From Eledone cirrhosa (taxonomy: Eukaryota), in contig OZ024740.1 of the NCBI GenBank assembly GCA_964016885.1, positions 405,046,001 to 405,110,000 on the forward strand: 64,000 nucleotides of DNA, in the 5' to 3' direction. How positions within the stretch are numbered: the stretch's first letter is position 1; the number at the start of each line of letters is the position of its first letter. The translations under genes were made by a program, and so were the position numbers. Below the pieces are notes generated by a model that saw only the letters and a program-made list of their open reading frames with translations, had not been told where the DNA came from and did not search any database. Positions 53,101-64,000 of this stretch are shown here, in pieces.

Positions 53101-56100
53101 GATCCAGTCCACTCAGTTGATGATAATGAGGTTGAGTTCAGTTTCCTGTAACATGTTGTCATTGATAAAGATTATTTTACCTTGCTCCAGTCCACTCAGT
53201 TGATGATAATGAGGTTGAGTTCAGTTTCCAGTAACATGTTGTCATTGATCAACATTATTTTACCTTGCCCCAGTCCACTCAGTTGATGATAATGAGGTTG
53301 AGTTCAGTTTCCAGTAACATGTTGTCATTGATCAAGATTATTTTACCTTGCCCCAGTCCACTCAGTTGATGATAATGAGCTTGAGTTCAGTTTCCAGTAA
53401 CATGTTGTCTTTGATCAAGATTATTTTACCTTGCTCCAGTCCACTCAGTTGATGATAATGAGGTTGAGTTCAGTTTCCAGTAACTTGTCATTGATCAACA
53501 TTATTTTACCTTGATCCAGTCCACTCAGTTGATGATAATGAGGTTGAGTTCAGTTTCCAGTAACATGTTGTCATTGATCAAGATTCTTTATTTTACCTTG
53601 CTCCAGTCCAGTTAGTTGATGATAATGAGGTTGAGTTCAGTTTCCAGTAACATGTTGTCATTGATCAACATTATTTTACCTTGCTCCAGTCCACTCAGTT
53701 GATGAAAATGAAGTTGAGTTCAGTTACCAGTAACATGTTGTCATTATCAAGATTATTTTACCTTGCTCCAGTCCACTCAGTTGATGATAATGAGGTTAAG
53801 TTCAGTTTCCTGTAACATTGTAACATGTTGTCATTGATCAAGATTATTTTACCTTGCTCCAGTCCACTCAGTTGATGATAATGAGGTTGATTACAGTTTC
53901 CAGTAACATGTTGTCATTGATCAAGATTATTTTACCTTGCTCCAGTCCACTCAGTTGATGATAATGAGGTTGATTACAGTTTCCAGTAACATGTTGTCAT
54001 TGATCAAGATTATTTTACCTTGCTCCAGTCCACTCAGTTGATGATAATGAGGTTGATTTCAGTTTCCAATAATATGTTGTCCTTGAGCAAGACACTTTAT
54101 TTTATCTTGCTCCAGCCCACTCATTTGATGATAATGAGGTTGAGTTTAGTTTCCAGTAACATGTTATCCTTGAGCAAGACACTTCATTTTATCTTGCTCC
54201 AGTCCACTCAGTTGATGATAATGAGGTTGAGTTCAGTTTCCAGTAACATGTTGTCATTGATCAAGATTATTTTACCTTGCTCCAGTCCACTCAGTTGATG
54301 ACAATGAGGTTGAGTTCAGTTTCCAGTAACATGTTGTCATTGATCAAGATTCTATATTTTACCTTGCTCCAGTCCAGTTAGTTGATGATAATGAGGTTGA
54401 GTTCAGTTTCCAGTAACATGTTGTCATTGAGCAAGACACTTTATTTTACCTTGCTCCAGTCCACTCAGTTGATGATAATGAGGTTGAGTTCAGTTTCCAG
54501 TAACATGTTGTCATTGATCAAGATTATTTTACCTTGCCCCAGTCCACTCAGTTGATGATAATGATGTTGAGTTCAGTTTCCAGTAACATGTTTTTATTGA
54601 TCAAGATTATTTTACCTTGCTCCAGTCCACTCAGTTGATGATAATAAGGTTGAGTTCAGTTTCCAGTAACATGTTGTCATTGATCAATATTATTTTATCT
54701 TGCTCCAGTCCACTCAGTTGATGATAATGAAGTTGAGTTCAGTTACCAGTAACATGTTGTCATTATCAAGATTATTTTACCTTGCTCCAGTCCACTCAGT
54801 TGATGATAATGAGGTTAAGTTCAGTTTCCTGTAACATTGTAACATGTTGTCATTGATCAAGTTTATTTTACCTTGCTCCAGTCCACTCAGTTGATGATAA
54901 TGAGGTTGATTACAGTTTCCAGTAACATGTTGTCATTGATCAAGATTATTTCACCTTGCTCCAGTCCACTCAGTTGATGATAATGAGGTTGAGTTCAGTT
55001 TCCAGTAACATGTTGTCATTGATCAAGATTATTTTACCTGCTCCAGTCCACTCAGTTGATGATAATGAGCTTGAGTTCAGTTTCCAGTAACATGTTGTCA
55101 TTGATCAAGATTATTTTACCTTGCTCCAGTCCACTCAGTTGATGATAATGAGGTTGAGTTCAGTTTCCAGTAACTTGTCATTGATCAACATTATTTTACC
55201 TTGATCCAGTCCACTCAGTTGATGATAATGAGGTTGAGTTCAGTTTCCAGTAACATGTTGTCATTTACCAAGATTCTTTATTTTACCTTGCTCCAGTCCA
55301 GTTAGTTGATGATAATGAGGTTGAGTTCAGTTTCCAGTAACTTGTCATTGATCAACATTATTTTACCTTGATCCAGTCCACTCAGTTGATGATAATGAGG
55401 TTGATTTCAGTTCCCAGTAACATGTTGTCCTTGAGCAAGAAACTTTATTTTACCTTGCTCCAGTCCACTCAGTTGATGATAATGAGGTTGAGTTCAGTTA
55501 CCAGTAACATGTTGTCATTGATCAACATTATTTTACCTTCCTCCAGTTCACTCAGTTGATGATAATGAGGTTGAGTTCAGTTTCCAGTAACATGTTGTCA
55601 TTGATCAAGATTATTTTACCTGCTCCAGTCCACTCAGTTGATGATAATGAGGTTGAGTTCAGTTTCCAGTAACATGTTGTCATTGATCAATATTATTTTA
55701 TCTTGCTCCAGTCCACTCAGTTGATGATAATGAAGTTGAGTTCAGTTACCAGTAACATGTTGTCATTATCAAGATTATTTTACCTTGCTCCAGTCCACTC
55801 AGTTGATGATAATGAGGTTAAGTTCAGTTTCCTGTAACATTGTAACATGTTGTCATTGATCAAGTTTATTTTACCTTGCTCCAGTCCACTCAGTTGATGA
55901 TAATGAGGTTGATTACAGTTTCCAGTAACATGTTGTCATTGATCAAGATTATTTCACCTTGCTCCAGTCCACTCAGTTGATGATAATGAGGTTGAGTTCA
56001 GTTTCCAGTAACATGTTGTCATTGATCAAGATTATTTTACCTGCTCCAGTCCACTCAGTTGATGATAATGAGCTTGAGTTCAGTTTCCAGTAACATGTTG

Positions 56101-59100
56101 TCATTGATCAAGATTATTTTACCTTGCTCCAGTCCACTCAGTTGATGATAATGAGGTTGAGTTCAGTTTCCAGTAACATGTTGTCATTGATCAAGATTAT
56201 TTTACCTTGCTCCAGTCCACTCAGTTGATGATAATGAGGTTGATTACAGTTTCCAGTAACATGTTGTCATTGATCAAGATTATTTTACCTTGCTCCAGTC
56301 CACTCAGTTGATGATAATGAGGTTGATTTCAGTTTCCAATAATATGTTGTCCTTGAGCAAGACACTTTATTTTATCTTGCTCCAGCCCACTCATTTGATG
56401 ATAATGAGGTTGAGTTTAGTTTCCAGTAACATGTTATCCTTGAGCAAGACACTTCATTTTATCTTGCTCCAGTCCACTCAGTTGATGATAATGAGGTTGA
56501 GTTCAGTTTCCAGTAACATGTTGTCATTGATCAAGATTATTTTACCTTGCTCCAGTCCACTCAGTTGATGACAATGAGGTTGAGTTCAGTTTCCAGTAAC
56601 ATGTTGTCCTTGAGCAAGACACTTTATTTTACCTTGCTCCAGTCCACTCAGTTGATGATAATGAGGTTGAGTTCAGTTTCCTGTAACATGTTGTCATTGA
56701 TCAAGATTATTTTACCTTGCCCCAGTCCACTCAGTTGATGATAATGATGTTGAGTTCAGTTTCCAGTAACATGTTTTTATTGATCAAGATTATTTTACCT
56801 TGCTCCAGTCCACTCAGTTGATGATAATAAGGTTGAGTTCAGTTTCCAGTAACATGTTGTCATTGATCAATATTATTTTATCTTGCTCCAGTCCACTCAG
56901 TTGATGATAATGAAGTTGAGTTCAGTTACCAGTAACATGTTGTCATTATCAAGATTATTTTACCTTGCTCCAGTCCACTCAGTTGATGATAATGAGGTTA
57001 AGTTCAGTTTCCTGTAACATTGTAACATGTTGTCATTGATCAAGTTTATTTTACCTTGCTCCAGTCCACTCAGTTGATGATAATGAGGTTGATTACAGTT
57101 TCCAGTAACATGTTGTCATTGATCAAGATTATTTCACCTTGCTCCAGTCCACTCAGTTGATGATAATGAGGTTGAGTTCAGTTTCCAGTAACATGTTGTC
57201 ATTGATCAAGATTATTTTACCTGCTCCAGTCCACTCAGTTGATGATAATGAGCTTGAGTTCAGTTTCCAGTAACATGTTGTCATTGATCAAGATTATTTT
57301 ACCTTGCTCCAGTCCACTCAGTTGATGATAATGAGGTTGAGTTCAGTTTCCAGTAACTTGTCATTGATCAACATTATTTTACCTTGATCCAGTCCACTCA
57401 GTTGATGATAATGAGGTTGAGTTCAGTTTCCAGTAACATGTTGTCATTGACCAAGATTCTTTATTTTACCTTGCTCCAGTCCAGTTAGTTGATGATAATG
57501 AGGTTGAGTTCAGTTTCCAGTAACTTGTCATTGATCAACATTATTTTACCTTGATCCAGTCCACTCAGTTGATGATAATGAGGTTGATTTCAGTTCCCAG
57601 TAACATGTTGTCCTTGAGCAAGAAACTTTATTTTACCTTGCTCCAGTCCACTCAGTTGATGATAATGAGGTTGAGTTCAGTTTCCAGTAACATGTTGTCA
57701 TTGATCAACATTATTTTACCTTCCTCCAGTTCACTCAGTTGATGATAATGAGGTTGAGTTCAGTTTCCAGTAACATGTTGTCATTGATCAAGATTATTTT
57801 ACCTGCTCCAGTCCACTCAGTTGATGATAATGAGGTTGAGTTCAGTTTCCAGTAACATGTTGTCATTGATCAATATTATTTTATCTTGCTCCAGTCCACT
57901 CAGTTGATGATAATGAAGTTGAGTTCAGTTACCAGTAACATGTTGTCATTATCAAGATTATTTTACCTTGCTCCAGTCCACTCAGTTGATGATAATGAGG
58001 TTAAGTTCAGTTTCCTGTAACATTGTAACATGTTGTCATTGATCAAGTTTATTTTACCTTGCTCCAGTCCACTCAGTTGATGATAATGAGGTTGATTACA
58101 GTTTCCAGTAACATGTTGTCATTGATCAAGATTATTTCACCTTGCTCCAGTCCACTCAGTTGATGATAATGAGGTTGAGTTCAGTTTCCAGTAACATGTT
58201 GTCATTGATCAAGATTATTTTACCTGCTCCAGTCCACTCAGTTGATGATAATGAGCTTGAGTTCAGTTTCCAGTAACATGTTGTCATTGATCAAGATTAT
58301 TTTACCTTGCTCCAGTCCACTCAGTTGATGATAATGAGGTTGAGTTCAGTTTCCAGTAACTTGTCATTGATCAACATTATTTTACCTTGATCCAGTCCAC
58401 TCAGTTGATGATAATGAGGTTGAGTTCAGTTTCCTGTAACATGTTGTCATTGATAAAGATTATTTTACCTTGCTCCAGTCCACTCAGTTGATGATAATGA
58501 GGTTGAGTTCAGTTTCCAGTAACATGTTGTCATTGATCAAGTTTATTTTACCTTGCCCCAGTCCACTCAGTTGATGATAATGAGGTTGAGTTCAGTTTCC
58601 AGTAACATGTTGTCATTGATCAAGATTATTTTACCTTACCCCAGTCCACTCAGTTGATGATAATGAGGTTGAGTTAAGTTTCCAGTAACATGTTGTCATT
58701 CATCAAGATTATTTTCCCTTGCTCCAGTCCACTCAGTTGATGATAATGAGCTTGAGTTCAGTTTCCAGTAACATGTTGTCTTTGATCAAGATTATTTTAC
58801 CTTGCTCCAGTCCACTCAGTTGATGATAATGAGGTTGAGTTCAGTTTCCAGTAACTTGTCATTGATCAACATTATTTTACCTTGATCCAGTCCACTCAGT
58901 TGATGATAATGAGGTTGAGTTCAGTTTCCAGTAACATGTTGTCATTGATCAAGATTCTTTATTTTACCTTGCTCCAGTCCAGTTAGTTGATGATAATGAG
59001 GTTGAGTTCAGTTTCCAGTAACATGTTGTCATTGATCAACATTATTTTACCTTGCTCCAGTCCACTCAGTTGATGAAAATGAAGTTGAGTTCAGTTACCA

Positions 59101-62100
59101 GTAACATGTTGTCATTATCAAGATTATTTTACCTTGCTCCAGTCCACTCAGTTGATGATAATGAGGTTAAGTTCAGTTTCCTGTAACATTGTAACATGTT
59201 GTCATTGATCAAGATTATTTTACCTTGCTCCAGTCCACTCAGTTGATGATAATGAGGTTGATTACAGTTTCCAGTAACATGTTGTCATTGATCAAGATTA
59301 TTTTACCTTGCTCCAGTCCACTCAGTTGATGATAATGAGGTTGAGTTCAGTTTCCAGTAACATGTTGTCATTGATCAATATTATTTTATCTTGCTCCAGT
59401 CCACTCAGTTGATGATAATGAAGTTGAGTTCAGTTACCAGTAACATGTTGTCATTATCAAGATTATTTTACCTTGCTCCAGTCCACTCAGTTGATGATAA
59501 TGAGGTTAAGTTCAGTTTCCTGTAACATTGTAACATGTTGTCATTGATCAAGTTTATTTTACCTTGCTCCAGTCCACTCAGTTGATGATAATGAGGTTGA
59601 TTACAGTTTCCAGTAACATGTTGTCATTGATCAAGATTATTTCACCTTGCTCCAGTCCACTCAGTTGATGATAATGAGGTTGAGTTCAGTTTCCAGTAAC
59701 ATGTTGTCATTGATCAAGATTATTTTACCTGCTCCAGTCCACTCAGTTGATGATAATGAGCTTGAGTTCAGTTTCCAGTAACATGTTGTCATTGATCAAG
59801 ATTATTTTACCTTGCTCCAGTCCACTCAGTTGATGATAATGAGGTTGAGTTCAGTTTCCAGTAACTTGTCATTGATCAACATTATTTTACCTTGATCCAG
59901 TCCACTCAGTTGATGATAATGAGGTTGAGTTCAGTTTCCTGTAACATGTTGTCATTGATAAAGATTATTTTACCTTGCTCCAGTCCACTCAGTTGATGAT
60001 AATGAGGTTGAGTTCAGTTTCCAGTAACATGTTGTCATTGATCAAGTTTATTTTACCTTGCCCCAGTCCACTCAGTTGATGATAATGAGGTTGAGTTCAG
60101 TTTCCAGTAACATGTTGTCATTGATCAAGATTATTTTACCTTACCCCAGTCCACTCAGTTGATGATAATGAGGTTGAGTTAAGTTTCCAGTAACATGTTG
60201 TCATTCATCAAGATTATTTTCCCTTGCTCCAGTCCACTCAGTTGATGATAATGAGCTTGAGTTCAGTTTCCAGTAACATGTTGTCTTTGATCAAGATTAT
60301 TTTACCTTGCTCCAGTCCACTCAGTTGATGATAATGAGGTTGAGTTCAGTTTCCAGTAACTTGTCATTGATCAACATTATTTTACCTTGATCCAGTCCAC
60401 TCAGTTGATGATAATGAGCTTGAGTTCAGTTTCCAGTAACATGTTGTCTTTGATCAAGATTATTTTACCTTGCTCCAGTCCACTCAGTTGATGATAATGA
60501 GGTTAAGTTCAGTTTCCTGTAACATTGTAACATGTTGTCATTGATCAAGTTTATTTTACCTTGCTCCAGTCCACTCAGTTGATGATAATGAGGTTGATTA
60601 CAGTTTCCAGTAACATGTTGTCATTGATCAAGATTATTTCACCTTGCTCCAGTCCACTCAGTTGATGATAATGAGGTTGAGTTCAGTTTCCAGTAACATG
60701 TTGTCATTGATCAAGATTATTTTACCTGCTCCAGTCCACTCAGTTGATGATAATGAGCTTGAGTTCAGTTTCCAGTAACATGTTGTCATTGATCAAGATT
60801 ATTTTACCTTGCTCCAGTCCACTCAGTTGATGATAATGAGGTTGAGTTCAGTTTCCAGTAACTTGTCATTGATCAACATTATTTTACCTTGATCCAGTCC
60901 ACTCAGTTGATGATAATGAGGTTGAGTTCAGTTTCCAGTAACATGTTGTCATTTACCAAGATTCTTTATTTTACCTTGCTCCAGTCCAGTTAGTTGATGA
61001 TAATGAGGTTGAGTTCAGTTTCCAGTAACTTGTCATTGATCAACATTATTTTACCTTGATCCAGTCCACTCAGTTGATGATAATGAGGTTGATTTCAGTT
61101 CCCAGTAACATGTTGTCCTTGAGCAAGAAACTTTATTTTACCTTGCTCCAGTCCACTCAGTTGATGATAATGAGGTTGAGTTCAGTTACCAGTAACATGT
61201 TGTCATTGATCAACATTATTTTACCTTCCTCCAGTTCACTCAGTTGATGATAATGAGGTTGAGTTCAGTTTCCAGTAACATGTTGTCATTGATCAAGATT
61301 ATTTTACCTGCTCCAGTCCACTCAGTTGATGATAATGAGGTTGAGTTCAGTTTCCAGTAACATGTTGTCATTGATCAATATTATTTTATCTTGCTCCAGT
61401 CCACTCAGTTGATGATAATGAAGTTGAGTTCAGTTACCAGTAACATGTTGTCATTATCAAGATTATTTTACCTTGCTCCAGTCCACTCAGTTGATGATAA
61501 TGAGGTTAAGTTCAGTTTCCTGTAACATTGTAACATGTTGTCATTGATCAAGTTTATTTTACCTTGCTCCAGTCCACTCAGTTGATGATAATGAGGTTGA
61601 TTACAGTTTCCAGTAACATGTTGTCATTGATCAAGATTATTTCACCTTGCTCCAGTCCACTCAGTTGATGATAATGAGGTTGAGTTCAGTTTCCAGTAAC
61701 ATGTTGTCATTGATCAAGATTATTTTACCTGCTCCAGTCCACTCAGTTGATGATAATGAGCTTGAGTTCAGTTTCCAGTAACATGTTGTCATTGATCAAG
61801 ATTATTTTACCTTGCTCCAGTCCACTCAGTTGATGATAATGAGGTTGAGTTCAGTTTCCAGTAACATGTTGTCATTGATCAAGATTATTTTACCTTGCTC
61901 CAGTCCACTCAGTTGATGATAATGAGGTTGATTACAGTTTCCAGTAACATGTTGTCATTGATCAAGATTATTTTACCTTGCTCCAGTCCACTCAGTTGAT
62001 GATAATGAGGTTGATTTCAGTTTCCAATAATATGTTGTCCTTGAGCAAGACACTTTATTTTATCTTGCTCCAGCCCACTCATTTGATGATAATGAGGTTG

Positions 62101-64000
62101 AGTTTAGTTTCCAGTAACATGTTATCCTTGAGCAAGACACTTCATTTTATCTTGCTCCAGTCCACTCAGTTGATGATAATGAGGTTGAGTTCAGTTTCCA
62201 GTAACATGTTGTCATTGATCAAGATTATTTTACCTTGCTCCAGTCCACTCAGTTGATGACAATGAGGTTGAGTTCAGTTTCCAGTAACATGTTGTCCTTG
62301 AGCAAGACACTTTATTTTACCTTGCTCCAGTCCACTCAGTTGATGATAATGAGGTTGAGTTCAGTTTCCTGTAACATGTTGTCATTGATCAAGATTATTT
62401 TACCTTGCCCCAGTCCACTCAGTTGATGATAATGATGTTGAGTTCAGTTTCCAGTAACATGTTTTTATTGATCAAGATTATTTTACCTTGCTCCAGTCCA
62501 CTCAGTTGATGATAATAAGGTTGAGTTCAGTTTCCAGTAACATGTTGTCATTGATCAATATTATTTTATCTTGCTCCAGTCCACTCAGTTGATGATAATG
62601 AAGTTGAGTTCAGTTACCAGTAACATGTTGTCATTATCAAGATTATTTTACCTTGCTCCAGTCCACTCAGTTGATGATAATGAGGTTAAGTTCAGTTTCC
62701 TGTAACATTGTAACATGTTGTCATTGATCAAGTTTATTTTACCTTGCTCCAGTCCACTCAGTTGATGATAATGAGGTTGATTACAGTTTCCAGTAACATG
62801 TTGTCATTGATCAAGATTATTTCACCTTGCTCCAGTCCACTCAGTTGATGATAATGAGGTTGAGTTCAGTTTCCAGTAACATGTTGTCATTGATCAAGAT
62901 TATTTTACCTGCTCCAGTCCACTCAGTTGATGATAATGAGCTTGAGTTCAGTTTCCAGTAACATGTTGTCATTGATCAAGATTATTTTACCTTGCTCCAG
63001 TCCACTCAGTTGATGATAATGAGGTTGAGTTCAGTTTCCAGTAACTTGTCATTGATCAACATTATTTTACCTTGATCCAGTCCACTCAGTTGATGATAAT
63101 GAGGTTGAGTTCAGTTTCCAGTAACATGTTGTCATTGACCAAGATTCTTTATTTTACCTTGCTCCAGTCCAGTTAGTTGATGATAATGAGGTTGAGTTCA
63201 GTTTCCAGTAACTTGTCATTGATCAACATTATTTTACCTTGATCCAGTCCACTCAGTTGATGATAATGAGGTTGATTTCAGTTCCCAGTAACATGTTGTC
63301 CTTGAGCAAGAAACTTTATTTTACCTTGCTCCAGTCCACTCAGTTGATGATAATGAGGTTGAGTTCAGTTTCCAGTAACATGTTGTCATTGATCAACATT
63401 ATTTTACCTTCCTCCAGTTCACTCAGTTGATGATAATGAGGTTGAGTTCAGTTTCCAGTAACATGTTGTCATTGATCAAGATTATTTTACCTGCTCCAGT
63501 CCACTCAGTTGATGATAATGAGGTTGAGTTCAGTTTCCAGTAACATGTTGTCATTGATCAATATTATTTTATCTTGCTCCAGTCCACTCAGTTGATGATA
63601 ATGAAGTTGAGTTCAGTTACCAGTAACATGTTGTCATTATCAAGATTATTTTACCTTGCTCCAGTCCACTCAGTTGATGATAATGAGGTTAAGTTCAGTT
63701 TCCTGTAACATTGTAACATGTTGTCATTGATCAAGTTTATTTTACCTTGCTCCAGTCCACTCAGTTGATGATAATGAGGTTGATTACAGTTTCCAGTAAC
63801 ATGTTGTCATTGATCAAGATTATTTCACCTTGCTCCAGTCCACTCAGTTGATGATAATGAGGTTGAGTTCAGTTTCCAGTAACATGTTGTCATTGATCAA
63901 GATTATTTTACCTGCTCCAGTCCACTCAGTTGATGATAATGAGCTTGAGTTCAGTTTCCAGTAACATGTTGTCATTGATCAAGATTATTTTACCTTGCTC
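17182..64000 (+). repeat. SINE-derived satellite DNA array, 83-bp (also ~80, 86, 87, 91 bp) monomer, ~555-560 copies, runs off the right edge
   Basis: Consensus agttgatgataatgaggttgagttcagtttccagtaacatgttgtcattgatcaagattattttaccttgctccagtccactc (83 nt, 31 G+C, no CpG), head to tail. The first period is 17182 to 17265. Confidence 0.99.

Noticed and set aside
17917-63430. Dozens of 'MLQSTQLMIMRLSSVSSN' ORFs suggesting a repetitive protein family
   Set aside because: They start at TTG within the satellite and stay open only across 87-bp (in-frame) monomers. The dominant 83-bp unit breaks the frame, so there is no coding constraint.
17182-64000. CRISPR-like array (constant part plus variable part)
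   Set aside because: There are no unique spacers. The variable segment is a set of point/indel variants of one sequence, there are no cas genes, and the context is eukaryotic.
17182-64000. Hammerhead ribozyme in the satellite monomer, as in newt or schistosome satellites
   Set aside because: The consensus has TTGATGA rather than CTGATGA (rare variants only) and no correctly placed GAAA or stems on the same strand.
17182-64000. Tandem C/D snoRNA or tRNA gene cluster, or functional Pol III promoters
   Set aside because: TGATGA is present but there is no D box (CTGA) or terminal stem in the consensus. There is no A-box or cloverleaf, and the B-box is degenerate (gttcagttt).

Overview
This is AT-rich, non-coding eukaryotic (animal) DNA. 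The repeat repertoire suggests a cephalopod such as octopus, which is inference. No intact host gene is supported. Bases 1-17.2 kb are transposon debris: a 5'-truncated, inactivated RTE-clade LINE with a PHD-like Cys4-His-Cys3 insert (6013-7968), and several tRNA-derived CORE-type SINEs, one sharing its 3' tail with that LINE. The same region holds TTAA-flanked piggyBac-type MITEs, mariner, CR1 and RTE remnants, long palindromes, and Penelope-like fragments with degenerate minimal hammerhead motifs. From 17182 to the window end (about 46.8 kb, roughly 555-560 copies) runs one head-to-tail satellite with an 83/87-bp monomer. The monomer is an internal slice of the local SINE family (3' half of the tRNA head with the B-box, plus the CORE domain). 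The left flank appears to retain the founder SINE's head, so the array probably arose in place from one SINE copy. The array shows layered higher-order repeats (1681, 2106, 3938 and 5688 bp), a left-to-right succession of monomer variants, and a propagated 35-bp in-place micro-inversion. The 'MLQSTQLMIMR...' ORFs are artefacts of the repeat.
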